DNA of 64,000 nt from Octopus sinensis. Its lineage: Eukaryota. A program made the position numbers and the translations under genes. Under the pieces are notes generated by a model. The model was not told the origin of the DNA, made no database searches, and saw nothing but the letters and a program-made list of their open reading frames with translations. Shown here piece by piece: positions 39,275 through 52,959 of the stretch. Every line of letters begins with the position of its first letter. The stretch's first letter is position 1. The stretch lies in NCBI RefSeq assembly GCF_006345805.1, contig NC_043024.1:682001-746000 (forward strand), read 5' to 3'.

Positions 39275-40593
39275 GAAGATACTTACTCAAGGTGCTATGC
39301 AATGGGACTGAACCCAGAACCATGTGGTTAGGAAGCAAGCTTCTTACCACACAGTCACGCTTTTACATTTACAAGCCTGAAATTAGTCAATATAAGAGAA
39401 ATGACCCACCTCTGGAAGTTGAACCACTGCATTACCAATTCACAATTAAGTACCTCCAGAAAATGTGTGTTCATAAATGTCTTACTGGATAAGCTAATAT
39501 TGTTTGTGTCTACTTATCTCTTATGAGGATCATAAAAGTATTATTAACCAGTTAATCTCCAAGCAGACAGCTCACTTCAGGGTTGCATAATAGAAGCATA
39601 TTGCACTGAATTGTCATAAAAGTTGCTGTTCTACTGTGATATACAGAAGAGTGACTTCGTATATTTGCATTCAAACCTCCTGGAACATATTGGATATATG
39701 CTTTATAGGTGTAGGCGTGGCTGTGTGAGTTTGTTTGTGTTTGTAATCATGCAGTTGGCAGAAACATGCAGCTTCATGTAACTCCTAAATGGTTCTGGGA
39801 TCAGTCCCACTGTTTGGCACCTTGAACAAGTGTCTTCTACTACAGCCTCTAGTTTATTAGACACTAACCAAAAGAAGCCCATTGTGTGTGTGTGTGTGTG
39901 TGTGTGTGTCATCATCGTTTAATGCCTGCTTTCCATGCTGGCATGCGTTGGACAATTTGACTGCGGACTGGCAAGTCAGGACGCTGCACCAGGCTCCAAT
40001 CTGATCTGGCAAGATTTCTACAGTTGAACGCCCTTCCTAACGCCAACCACTCTGAGAGTAGAGTGGGTGCTTTTCACGTACCATGGATATGGGTACCAGT
40101 CAGGCAATATTGAAATCAGCCATGACAACAATTTCACTTATGATTTGACTGGGGACTGGCAAATCAGATGGCTGCACCAGGCTCCAATCTGATCTGGCAG
40201 AGTTTCTACAGCTGGATGCCCTTCCTAATGCCAACCACTCTGAGAGTGTAGTGGGTGCTTTTACATTCCACCGGCACAACGGCCAGTCTGGCGGTACTGG
40301 CAACGGCCACACTCAAATGGTGTTTTTTACGTGCCACCTACACAAGAGGCAGTCTAATGGAACTGGCAATGACCTCACTTGAATGTTTTTCACGTGCCAC
40401 CGGCATGGAAGCCAGCCGTCTGCTCTGGCAATGATCACACTCAGATGGTGCTCTTAGTGCTCCACTGGCACAGGTGCCAGTCATCGAATTTGATTCGATT
40501 TTGATTTCACTTGCCTCACCAGATCTTCACAAGCAGAGTTTAGTGTCTAATGAAGGAAAGGTACTCATAAGTATAAATTGATAAATATAGATA

Positions 40594-40878
40594 TCTATAT
40601 GTGTGTGTGTACCAATATAAAGATGTGAATAACATTAGCTGAGAAACATACAAAAATACTAAACGGAAAATATTTATGTATTTTATTATTGTTGTGTTTA
40701 TTTGCAAGTCACCTCTTGTATTCTGTCTCTTTCATGTCATTTATTTTTTTAAAGTCAACCCATTTAGAATGTTACAAGGTTAGAATTACTGTTCTTATCT
40801 ATTTATTAATATTACATGTCAAAAATAAATTATAAAAGTGTCAATGGCCGTACGAGGGATGACAAGGAGTATGGCTAG
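40594..40878 (+). mobile_element. Possible non-autonomous Helitron
   Basis: A|TCTATAT start; GCCGTAC/GTATGGC hairpin adjacent to CTAG|T. Confidence 0.4.
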
Positions 40879-43400
40879 TGTGGTGTATAGGTGTGTGTGT
40901 GGACTGTGCAGGTTGCAGTGCTGGTTACTCACTAAAGAGGACAGTAGCACTGTATTAGTCTTTGTATGAAATAATCTGTCTAGTGCTAGTATCATCATTA
41001 AATACTTTTATGTATTTTAATACACACATATATAGATTCATATATATCTTTTATCTTGTTTCAGTCCTTTGACTGTAACCACCCTGAGGCACTGCCTTGA
41101 AGAATTTTTTTTAGTCAAATAAATCAACCCTAGGACTTTTTTAAAAAATAAAAAACCTAGTACTCACTGTATTGGCTTCATTTGCCAAACTGCTAAGTTA
41201 CAGGGATGTAAATGTACCAACCCCAGTTGTCAAGCAGTGGTGGGGGACAAACACATACACACAAATAACTTTTTTAGTTTTCATCTACCAAATCCAAGGC
41301 TATAGGAGAAGACACTTGAACCACGTAGTTGGGAAGCAAACTTCTTAACACTCAGACATGCCAGCACCTAATCATATGTAGATAAGTCAATAAATACAGT
41401 GCTGGAGTAAGCATTAAGTAAAATAAGCTTGTGCTTAGGGCATCAAGGGATGTGGGGATACCACAGGAATGGTAATGGCTTATAGCACAAAAGAAATCTC
41501 TTTAAACTTGCTAAAATGTAATTTCAAAGTGGTTTACATGATTGGAAATATATAATTTCAAAGTGTTCCTGGTGTCATTGTGAGGATCTGATCAAAGACT
41601 TAGAAATTAAAAATAAAAAGTAAGAGAAAACTTTTCAAATCTAAATAAAGTGAAAGTATACAAAAATATTTTTTTCCATCTTACTGTCAGTTTCGTTTCA
41701 CTTTAAAAAATTAAAATTTATTTTATTGCTTATTATTTATATTTTGAATTACATATGGTGAGGTGGGCACCAAATCTTTTAGATGCTTACGGTCTCAATG
41801 GGTCTCGATCAAGCTTTGTATTGATAAATATGTACACATGTGCTGGATGCATAAGTTAACAGAAGAATTAGGGCTCAGTTTTCACCTAAAATGAAAGGAG
41901 GGAGAAAACTTCAAATAAAAATAGTGGACGTATATAAAAATAAACGTTATTTCCTCCTTATTTTGTTTCACATTGAAAAATAAAAATTTATCCATCATTT
42001 AGTATTGTTTATATTTTGAATTACACATGGTGGAGTGGGCACCAAAATATTTTAAATGCTTAAGGCCTCTAAGGGTCTTAATCTGGCTATGAACAGATAC
42101 ATATATAAATAACATTCCCGATTATAATCATGCAATATCTCTTAGCTTTTGATGATGCAATTGTTTATTCTTAGAATGATATCGTAGGCTATGTGCAAGA
42201 GGCCGGATCTGGTCTGTTTGAACATAGAACAGGTAGAATACTTGAGCCTGTTATAGCTGGTTTGAATGCTTAAAGGGCTGGAGCAGATTCTCTATGGCCT
42301 GATGGGTTTCCTGTCTCTGACCTGCCTTGGTTTCCCCATGACCAAACATGTTTGTGCCAAATATTCGGAAATGAATGGCACTGCTTGTATAACAGTGACA
42401 ATCATTTACAGCTAACATGTAATGTCAAGACAAGGAGACACAAACAGACAGTATATATATTATTATCATCATCTCTTTTACTTGTTTCAGTCAGTAGACT
42501 GCAGATGCCTTGAAGGATTTTTATTGAATGAACTGACCCTAGACCCCACCCCCCAAAACTGGGTGCTTATTCTATTGGTCTTTTTTGCCAGACAGCTAAG
42601 TTATGGGGGCATAAACACACACCAATACCAGTTGTCAAGTGCTGCTAGGACACCCACATAAAATGGGCTTTTGGTTTCTATCCACCAAATCCACTCACAA
42701 GGCTTTGGTTGGCCCAAGGCTATAGAAGATACCCAAGGTACCACGCAGTGGAGCTGAACCTTGAACCATCTAGTTGGGAAGCAAACTTCTTAGCACACAG
42801 CCATGCTTACACTTTTTTCCTTTTTACTTTCTAAGCCAAAATAAAGGAGCAATGTTCATGACCTTTGCAGGTCCTCTAAAATTTAAGTGAAACCATACAG
42901 GCTTTAGGATGTCAGTCTGTATTAATGTTAGATGTTCAATCTATTTATGTATTTTGATATTTTGAAACTAATAGTAGCTATGGATTAGTGCAGTTTTTAT
43001 AACCATAAAATAATGAACAATCTACTATTTATTTTTTTATCTGTCTTTTCTCTCTCTTTCTCTGTCTCTCTTGAAGAATTTTAGTTGAATAAATTAACCC
43101 TAAGGCTTTTTTTAAAAACCTAGTACTTATTCTATTGATTTCTTTTGCCAAACTACTAAGTTACGTGGATGTAAATGCACCAACATCAGTTGTCAAGCAG
43201 TGGTGGTAGACAGACACTCACATATACAACTTCTTTCAGTTTTCATCTACCAAATCCAATTTATGTATTTTGATATTTTGAAGCTAATTGTGGCAATGGT
43301 GCTGTTCTTTATAAGTATAGAATAATTAACAGTCAGTCCACTATTTATTTGTATATTTGTCAATCTCTTTATCTTTTCTCTCTCTCTCTCTCTCTTTCAG

Positions 43401-43530
43401 TGATCATGAAGGAGGCAATGTCAGTGCCCACACAACTCATCTTGTAGGCAGTGCCCTTTCTGACCCTTATTTAGCATTTGCAGGAGGAATGAATGGTCTT
43501 GCAGGGCCACTTCACGGACTTGCTAATCAG
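43401..43530 (+). CDS. CS: Citrate synthase exon ([23 protein letters not shown]...[12 protein letters not shown])
   Basis: (CT)n-tttcag acceptor and gtgact donor, 130 nt. [10 protein letters not shown] motif and the catalytic His in GPLHG. Confidence 0.98.
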
Positions 43531-43644
43531 GTGACTTTATAACTACCTCTACTCAGTATTTTTTATTTTACTTTTATTTTTCCTTTTACTATCTTATTTG
43601 TTATTGAGTGAAGGACAACCTGCTGAGAGCCACTGACCAGATCT

Positions 43645-46303
43645 GTGGATGGTGCAAAGTCCCCTCAAGACCCCAAATAACGTGGTGATGGAACAATATT
43701 GTTGACAGGGCTATTAGACAAAAGAAACAGGCTTGGAACGACTGGAAGAACGGTGGTAGCAGGGAAGTGTATCAGACTGCCAGAAGGGGAGCTAGGAAGC
43801 AGGTTTATTTAGCCAAAAAATTTGCCAATGTTCTGAGCCATGAGGATGAAAGACTTGCGGTATTTTGTGTTGCAAGGCAGTGTGTGAGAGAGAATCGTGA
43901 TGTGGTAGGAGAGAAATGTGTTTGCATGGATGATGGTTCACTTGCACTAAATGTGGCTGCAAAGAGAGTGGTTTGGAGACGCCACTATGAAAGGTTGCTG
44001 AATAAAGAAAATGAATGGGATAAAGAGAGTCTGCCGCATGTCAACCCAACAGAGGGACCAGCTATCCGAGTTGACAGTTCTTTGGACGTCAAAGCAATTA
44101 GAAGCATGAAGACAGGGAAAGCCCCAGGCCCATCAGGAATTACTGCAGAGATGCTCAAAATATCTAGCAGTGTTGGCTATAGCCTAGTCACCCGTATAGT
44201 TAATCAGGTGATACACAAAGGAGTCATACCCAATGACAGGTGTAGCAGCATAATAGTTAACTGCTACAAAGGTAAAGGTGACGCCCTAGATACAAGTAAT
44301 TACAGAGGTATCAAGCTGTTGGATCAGGTAATGATGGTTACGGAGAGGGTCATAGCCCAACTAATTAGAGAGAGAGTTAGTTTAGATGAGATGCAGTTTG
44401 GTTTTGTGCCAGGGAAAACACCACTGATGCCATATTTCTGGTAAGATAGCTGCAAGAGAAATACCTAGCCAAAGATAAGCCCCTGTACCTGGCTTTCATT
44501 GACATGGAGAAAGTCTTTGACAGGGTCCCCCGATCCCTTATCTGGTGGTCAGTGAGGAAACTAGGGATAGATGAATGGTTAGTGAGAGCTGTGCAAGCCA
44601 TGTACAGGGACACTGTAAGTAATGTAAGGGTTGGCAACGAGTACACTGAAGAATTCAGGGTAGAAGTTGGGGTCCACTCGGGTTCAGTCCTCAGCCCCCG
44701 CCTATTTATTATAGTCCTCCAGGCAATAACGGAGGAATTCCAGACAGGATGCCCCTGAGAGTCCTCTATGCTGATGACCTTGCTCTAATCGCTGAGTTGC
44801 TATCAGAACTAGAGGAGAAGTTTCAAGTTTGGAAACAAGGATTAGAATCGGAGGGCCTTAGAATCAACCTAGCTAAAACCAAAGTCCTAATAAGTAGGAA
44901 GGTAAGCAAACCACAAATCCCTTCAGGTAGATGGCCCTGCTTGATCTGTAGTAGAGGCGTAGGTAGAAACTCTATAAGGTGTACCCAGTATAAGCTATGG
45001 ACACAAAAGAGGTGCAGTAATATCAAAGGAAGGCTAACTGGGAAGATAGTTTTTGTATGTGACAGATGCTCGGGAGCGATAAACACTGAAAATGCACAGA
45101 GACCATCTTCCGCCACATTCCAGAGAGAAAAACTAGAAGTAATTGATTGCGTCCGTTATCTAGGTGACCAAATCAGTAGTGGAGAAGGGTGCACTGAAAG
45201 TGTAGCTGCTAGAATAAGAATAGCTTGGGCAAAGTTCAGAGAGCTCTTACCTCTGCTGGTGACAAAGGGCCTCTCGCTCAGAGTAAAAGGTAGACTGTTT
45301 GATGCATGTGTACGAAAAACCATGCTACACAGCAGTGAAACATGGGCTGTGACTGCTGAGGATGCATAAGCTCGCAAGGAATGAAGCCAGTATGATCCGA
45401 TGGATGTGTAATGTCAGTGTGCATACTCGACAGAGTGTAAGTACCTTGAGAGAAAAGTTGGACCTAAGAAGCATTAGATGTGGTGTGCAAGAGACGACTG
45501 CGCTGGTATGGTCACGTGGCGAGAATGGATGAGGATAGCTGTGTGAAAAAGTGCCACACCCTAGCGGTTGAGGGAACCTGTGGAAGAGGTAGACCCAGGA
45601 AGACCTGGGATGAAATGGTGAAGCACGACCTTCAAACATTAGGCCTCACCAAGGAAATGACTAGCGACTGAGACCTTTGGAAATATGCTGTGCTCGAGAA
45701 GATCCAGCAAGCCAGATGAGACCATAACCCATGGCCTATGCCAGGAGCATAACCACCCCGCTTATGCGTATTCCTTTTTTGGTCATTAAACTTTGCTTGC
45801 GAAGACCTGTTGAGGCAAGTGAAATCAATCAATCAAAATCAAAATAATTTCGATGACTGGCATCCGTGCTAGCGGGGTGCAAAGAGCACCATACGAGTGT
45901 GATCGTTGACATAGCAGCTAGTTGAGTATGATTGTTACCAGTGTCGCCTTACTGGCACTTATGCCGGTGCTAGTAGGGTGCCAAGAACACCATCCGAGCG
46001 TGATCATTGCCAGAGCAGATCGTTACCAATGTCGCTTCACTGGCACCTGTGCCGGTGGAATGTGTAAAAAGATTCGAGCGAGGTCATTGCCAGTACCGCC
46101 TGACTGGCCCCCGTGCAGGTGGCACATAAAAGCACCCACTACACTCTCGGAGTGGTTGGCGTTAGGAAGGGCATCCAGCTGTAGAAACTCTGCCAGATCA
46201 AGACTGGAGTCTGGTGCAGCCATCTGGTTGCCAGCCCTCAGTCAAAATCGTCCAACCCATGCTAGCATGGAAAACGGACATTAAATGATAATGATGATGA
46301 TGA
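43645..46303 (+). mobile_element. RTE-clade LINE, longest copy: RT, C-terminus, 3' UTR and (GAT)n tail
   Basis: KAPGPSG, NYRGIKLL, QFGF, LAFIDMEKVFDRV, YADD, RLRWYGHV, RGRPRKTW. The 3' UTR gtggttggcgttaggaagggcatccagctgtagaaac is shared with many short dispersed copies (e.g. 13640-13800, 27890-28070, 28735-28920, 39910-40270). Confidence 0.92.
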
Positions 46304-47487
46304 AGGTGCATAGCTCAGTGGTTAGAACGTTGGGCTTACAATTGTGAGATTGTGAGTTCAATTCCTGGACTGGACTGTGTGTTGTGTTCTTAAGACACTT
46401 TATTTCATGTTACTCCAGTTCTACTGAGCTGCAGAAATGAGTTGCAATGTCACTGGTGCCAAACTGCATCAGTTTTTGCTTTTCCTTTGGAGAGGGGAGC
46501 CTGTTATGCATGGATGACTGCTGGTTTTCCATAAACAATCTGGACTTGTGCCTCCAAGGGGAACTTTCTAGGTGCAATCCCATGGTCATTCAAGACCAAA
46601 GGGGTCTTTACTCTTTTATTGTGTGTGTGTGTGTGTGAAGGTGCATAGCTCAGTGGTTAGAGCATTGGCCTCACAATCATGAGGTTGTGAGTTCAATTCC
46701 TGGACCAGGTTGTGTTGGGTGTCATTCATGACTGTACCGGAGTCTTTTTACCTTTGTTATTATGTGGAATTTGTTGTGAATTCAATTCTGGATTCAAATA
46801 TTCAATCTCTGCTGAAACCAACTTTGCCTTTCATTCTTTGGAGGTTGATGATTACCAGCCAAATAGCCTTTCCCTTCCCATGCCAGTTCGTTATATTCAT
46901 CATTGGTAAGATGGCTAAATCATTAGAGCATTGGAGAAAATGCTGACTGGCATTTCTTCCAGCTATCTTCATTCTGAGTTCAAATAATGCTGAGGTCAAT
47001 GGTCTCAACCAACTCTCTTTCCCTAAAATTGCTGGCTTTTTGCTGAAATGTGAAACTATTCTTCATCATCGTCATTTAATATCCAATTTCCATGCTGGCG
47101 TGGGTTGGATGGTTTGACTGAGAACTGGCAGGCCGGGAGGCTGCACCAAGCTTCAATCTAATTTGGCAAAAGCCAAAACATTTGGGCGGTGAACTGGCAG
47201 AATCGTTAGCACTCTGGGTGAAGTGTTTAGCAGTATTTTATGTGTCTTCATGTTCTCAGTTCAAATTCCGCTGAGGTCAACTTTACCTTTCAGGATTGAT
47301 ACAATAAGTACCAGCTGAGTGCTGGGTCAATGTAATTGGCTATCCCCCCTCCCCCCACATCTTAAGCCTTGTAGCTTTAGTAGAAAGGATTATTATTATT
47401 ATTATTATTTGGTAGTAGTAGTTGTAGTACCACCTATAGTCGAAAGGATTGTTAATGATAACAATAACTTTCTTTTATACCTTAGAG

Positions 47488-47863
47488 CAGTGTTTCTCAG
47501 TCATTTTTTTATGGCCTGCTTTGGTTTCTAATTTACTCTTATGGACCCTCATATCCTTTTGATGTTTAAAAAATTATATTTTTATGATTAAATATTATGA
47601 ATTGAATTTAAAATAAAAAATTCTGTTCATATAGATTGTTAGTGGTTGAGCTTCTCATTAAAACTTGGGTTTGTTTAAAGGATTTTGTTGATGCCCTATT
47701 TACTACTCAAATGTGAAACAAATTTTATCTTTGTTCAGATGTTGCAATGACAAACAAATCATTCCATATATGTATATCATATATATTCTCTTTGTCTCTG
47801 TTATTTTGTGTGCTTTAGAAGTCTAACAATTTATCTTATATTAACCCCTGTTGAGAATCACTG
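47488..47863. mobile_element. hAT-type MITE
   Basis: TIRs cagtgtttctca/ttgagaatcactg with a perfect 8-bp TSD CCTTAGAG on both sides. Confidence 0.8.
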
Positions 47864-48147
47864 CCTTAGAGAAAAGATATTGTCATAATATCATAAAAGA
47901 ATAAAGATCCTTCCTGAGTCATGTAGGCTCATAGAGCCAGTTTCCTTGGTGTGTATATATATATATATATATATTTTAAGTCGCAATATATGGATTCGAG
48001 TAATCTGGTAGTACTCAAAAAAAGCTGTGTCATTCTACAAAATATAGAATATATAGTACGATACGAAAGAAAACGGAATGTATAAAGTCATAAATAATAG
48101 AGAAATGGTTTGATGAAATTTTATTTAACAATAAGAAAATTCTAATA

Positions 48148-49462
48148 GAATTAACCTGGCAAAAAGCCAAAGTCTTAGTAAGAAGGCAGACAAATCACAA
48201 ATCCCTTCAGGTAGATGCCTTTGCTCAATCTGTAGAAAAGATGTAGGTAGAAACTCCATAAGATGCACCCAGTGTGAGCTTTGGACACACAAAAGGTGCA
48301 GCAACATCAAAGGAAGGTTAACAGGGATGCTAACCTTTGTATGTTGTAGGTGTACAGGTACAATAAACACTGAAGATGTGCAGAAAATAGACTCCAACTG
48401 CCAGCAGAGAAAGCTAGAAGTAGTAGATAGTTAGTGGTGGAGGTGAATGTTCCAAGAGGTAGTTGTGAGAATAAGATTAGGTTGGACAAAGTTCAGAGAA
48501 CTTCTACCCCTGCTGGCAACAAAGGGCCTCTCTCTCAGAGTGAAAGGTAGATTGTATGATGCTTATGTGCGAACGGCTATGCTGCATGGCAGTGAAACAT
48601 GGGCTATAACAGCTGAGGACATGCATAGGCTTGAAAGAAATGAAGCTAGTATGCTTCACTGGATGTGCATTGTCAGTGTGCATGTTTGACAGAGTAAGCA
48701 TCTGAAGAGAAAAGTTAGGCATAAGAGGAATCAGATGTGGTGTGCAAGGGAGAGGACTGTGCTTGTATGGTCATATGATGCATATGGATGCGGACAGCTG
48801 TGTAAAGAGGTGCCGATCTCTAACTGTAGGGGGAACCTGTGATAGAGGTAGACCCAGGAAGACATGGGATGAAGTGGTGAAGCATGAACTTCGAACTTTG
48901 AGCCTCACTGCGGCAATGACTAGTGACCAAGACCTTTGGCAATGTGCTGTACTTGAGAGGACCCGTCAAGGCAAGTGCACCTGTGCTGATGGCACATAAA
49001 GAATCAGCATGTAAACGTTGGGCTTCACAGAGGCAAAACAGCTGAGTTCCTTTCAAGCATTGGGCCTCAAGGAAGTAAAACATCTGAGTCCCTTTTGAGT
49101 GTTGGGCCTCACAGAGGTGAGGTGGCTGAATTCCTTTTGAGTGTTGGGCCTCACAGAGGCAATGACCAAGACCTTTGGCATTGTGTGCTTGAGAAGAAGA
49201 CCCATCAAGCTGAGCAAAATTGCAGTCATGGCTTATACTAATGTCACACAAATTGGCACCCAAGCTGGTGGCACGTAAACGCACCCCAGTGTCATGCAAA
49301 TGGCACATAAAAGCACCCATTATATTCTCGGAGTGGTTGGCATTAGGAGGGGGATCCAGCTGTAGAAAATCATGCCAAATCAGACTGGAGTCTGGTGTAG
49401 CCTTCCAGCATGCCAGCCCAGTCAAACTGTCCAACCCATGCCGGCATGGACAATGGATGATG
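48148..49462 (+). mobile_element. RTE-clade LINE 3' fragment
   Basis: Same family as 43645-46303 (KFRELLPLL, HGSETWA, RGRPRKTW) with 3' UTR. Confidence 0.88.
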
Positions 49463-49736
49463 ATATATGTATCTCCACCCCCAGACAAGACACCAGTCCA
49501 TTGCAGGATTACTCATTTTTGTCAGCTGAGTGAACTGGAGCAACATGAAATGAAGTGTTTTGCTCAAACCAGGAATTGAAACCACAATCTTACAATCATA
49601 TTAGTCCAACACCCAAACCACTAAGCCATGCACCTCCACCATGATATAGCTTCTGATTTTTTCTATCTGTTTCTTAGCAGTGTGTGTGTGAAAGCATACA
49701 TTATCTCTACATGTTTAAAATTCATGAATATTTCAG

Positions 49737-49838
49737 GAAGTCCTTGTGTGGTTGACGAAGTTACAGCAGCAACTTGGCGGTGAAGTTTCAGATGATCAAC
49801 TAAGGGAATTTATATGGAACACCTTGAAATCTGGGCAG
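49737..49838 (+). CDS. CS: Citrate synthase exon ([34 protein letters not shown])
   Basis: tttcag acceptor and gtaagt donor, 102 nt. Not in the ORF track; found by manual translation. Confidence 0.96.
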
Positions 49839-50675
49839 GTAAGTTTGCAACAGATGACGATTATAAGAACCAACATGTCTGTCAGTAAAATAAGTACCAG
49901 TTGAGCACTGGGGATGACTTACCCCTAAAATTGCTTGTTTTGTGCCAAAATTGGAAACCATTATTATTATCAATTTGAGCCTGGCTCTTATTCTTGGTAG
50001 AATTTATGTGGTTAGCAGGCTACTACCTTGTAACCTTTGGTTTCCATAAGCTTTCAAAAGTCTTTCAAGTGCTTAAAACCCTTCTGATAATCTTCTTGTT
50101 CCTAAGACCCAAACTTTCTGCAGTAGCTCTACAGGACATTCTTTTCCTGTCTCATTGAACTAATGTCTGCATTTTTACTCACAGTTCCTTATGCACCAGT
50201 TATTACAGGCAAAATGCTTGCAATTTCAAATGTTTTGGGATTGTACTTTTTTAAATTTCCCATCCTCTTTCTTTACAATCCTGGAATCAGACAAACGTGG
50301 TGGATCAATTAGTAAGCAGCTTTACTTTTAATTATTATTATTAGACTGGTGAGACTGACTGGATCAACTCTGAGTATGCTTTTCTAAACAGGAAGAAGGA
50401 AACTGAAAGAGAGCACTTTCCCATGCCAGGATGGTAGAGTAATCTGGGATTTTTGTGTGGGGTTTACCCCAGATTACCCCAAGTGGACTTCCCCACTGTT
50501 GGGGATTGTGATTATTATTTATTCTCTAATTTCTATTGTGTATCCTTTTTTATATTTCTTTCCCTGTGATTGATGTAAACCCCACCTTTTTGTTTTGTTG
50601 TGTGTGCTGTCATCCATCCTTTGATATTGTCCTTGTGTCCAATAAAAGAAATCATTATAATTATTATTATTCCAG

Positions 50676-50885
50676 GTTGTGCCAGGCTATGGGCATGCTG
50701 TGTTACGGAAAACAGATCCCCGCTACACCTGCCAACGTGAGTTTGCTCTGAAGCATCTACCTGATGACCCTCTATTTAAACTGGTGTCACAGCTCTACAA
50801 AGTCGTTCCAGACACACTTATGCAGCATGGAAAAGCCAAAAACCCTTGGCCCAATGTTGACGCACACAGTGGCGTCTTACTTCAG
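50676..50885 (+). CDS. CS: Citrate synthase exon ([17 protein letters not shown]...[16 protein letters not shown])
   Basis: ttccag acceptor and gtagag donor, 210 nt. [13 protein letters not shown] signature (catalytic His) and PNVD (catalytic Asp). Confidence 0.98.
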
Positions 50886-51200
50886 GTAGAGTTCACTTGG
50901 TACATTTGTGTTGTTGTTGTTGTTGCTGTTTAGCTACCAGGTTGGCTCTGATGCAGCAGACCTATACTTAAAATACATTAAAGTTATAACATCCTGTCAC
51001 TTTATTATAAAGACAGACAGTCTAATCTGAGGTTGGTTTGGCTGCTAATTCTAGCAGATCAAGTAGCCTTCTTTTTTTTTTTTTTTCTTGTTAATGTTCA
51101 TCCATTTTTCTCTAGTTGTGTGTTTATTTGTGGAGAGTTCATACCATTGGTAGACCTCCACTTAGAATGATGCTACATACATTAATAGTTGGAAGCTTGT

Positions 51201-51535
51201 AAGAGAACTAAACAGCAGAAGGTCTTCAGAGAAACTACCCTACTTCTGTTTTGGCCCTTAACTTCTTACTCTCAAAAAGGCTGGACTCCATGTATGGCTA
51301 GTGGTAAGAAACCCAAGAGAGCTGAAAAGCAGGCCTTCAGAAAAGAAACCATGCCTCAGGCAAGTGATTTGGCCCTTAACTTCTTACACTCTAAAAGGGT
51401 CAGACTGCTTCTGGAGCTAGTGGTAAGAAACTCTCAAGAGAGCTGAACAGCAGAAGGTCTTCAGAGAAGAAGCCCCACTCAGGCCAGTGTTTTGGCCCCT
51501 AACTTCTTGCACTGTAAGGGGACTGGGCTGCATCC
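51201..51535. repeat. Degenerate ~115-120-bp tandem repeat x3
   Basis: Recurring aagagagctgaa, cttcaga and ttggccc(t)taacttctt blocks. Confidence 0.8.
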
Positions 51536-52026
51536 AGGTCATCACTCCTGGTTGCCCGGATATCAGAGACTTACACATTTAAACCACCTGGAGATTTCAT
51601 CTCTTTGTAACTCTTCTCTGTTGACTCAGCTTTCAGACTTAAGAAATAATTTTGGTTGTCATGGTACCTGAGATTTTAAACTGACTGTTGTTGTTTAGCC
51701 CCAGGACAGTCTTGAATGAGTACACCAATCATCAAAAAAACTCTAGTCATGGTTATATAGACTATTTTTATATTTAAGACTACTTTGTGTAATAAAGTTG
51801 TTACTTTTATAGGATAATGTTCTGTGATTTGAGGACAGTTTCACTACAATTTCTTGCCAGTAGGGGACTCTTCTTGTAGAGGCCTCCCCGACTCAATAAT
51901 AGAAGCCAGTCGTGAGTGTGTGTCAGAAGCCAAAACAGACTCTGGAACGTGGTGCAGCCCCTGACCTTGCCAGTTCCTGTTCAGTCATCCCATGCCTGCA
52001 TGAAAAATGGATGTTAAAAGTTGAGG

Positions 52027-52405
52027 ATTTCCATACATACTAAAACAAAGTTAAAGTCTTGTCATAGTGTGACCAATGCTTTCATATCCACGAAAGCTAT
52101 AATTTCCATACATACTAAAACAAAGTTAAAGTCTTGTCATAGTGTGACCAATGCTTTCATATCCATGAAAGCTATAATTTCCATACATACTAAAACAAAG
52201 TTAAAGTCTTGTCATAGTGTGACCAATGCTTTCATATCCACGAAAGCTATAATTTCCATACATACTAAAACAAAGTTAAAGTCTTGTCATAGTGTGACCA
52301 ATGCTTTCATATCCATGAAAGCTATAATTTCCATACATACTAAAACAAAGTTAAAGTCTTGTCATAGTGTGACCAATGCTTTCATATCCACGAAAGCTAT
52401 AATTT
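52027..52405. repeat. 75-bp minisatellite x5
   Basis: atttccatacatactaaaacaaag...gaaagctata at 52027, 52102, 52177, 52252 and 52327. Confidence 0.95.
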
Positions 52406-52809
52406 TGTGGGTAGCTCCTCAGACTCTATATATAGACAGATTTAACTTTTCACCTCGTGGAAGCAGAAATGCTAGGACAAAAATGTCAAACGGTTAACAG
52501 GGGTGGGGATTGAGGATGGGACCAGAGGGAAAATGGAAGCTAGAATCTATTTCATTAAGCTTTCACATAAGCTTAAACAGCAAATGGGGAAACCTAATTT
52601 TCCACTAGGTAGCGCTTGAAATGAACATGTTTTGAGAGAATTTCTATGATTATTTAACATGCCAGGCTTAATTATAGTTTTAAGAATTTTTGTTCACTCT
52701 TTCAAGTGGTGCTTCTGCAACCACTAGTCAGTGTCCCAGAAAGACGTTTTGTCATGGTCCTCGGAGTGCCATATGTGGTACCTCAAAGGCTAAGGGGACC
52801 CCCCCTCCC

Positions 52810-52893
52810 CCATATGATATCAGATGGAAGATCATAGAACATCCAAGCTATATATTTAATAGGAGTGGGCACTGCAAAATCTGCATTGTGAGG
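52810..52893 (+). pseudogene. PLE GIY-YIG endonuclease C-terminal fragment
   Basis: YDIRWKIIEHPSYIFNRSGHCKICI resembles the PLE endonuclease W.II.....Y......C.LC motif. Confidence 0.55.
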
Positions 52894-52959
52894 TGAAAAG
52901 TGAAATTCGTCTTTGCAAGAAATATTTTCTCTGTCTGTGGAAGTGAAGCTCTAGGTGTC

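Noticed and set aside
51201-51535. CTGAAGA on the minus strand of the ~115-bp repeat as a hammerhead
   Set aside because: No GAAA in register and no stem I pairing.
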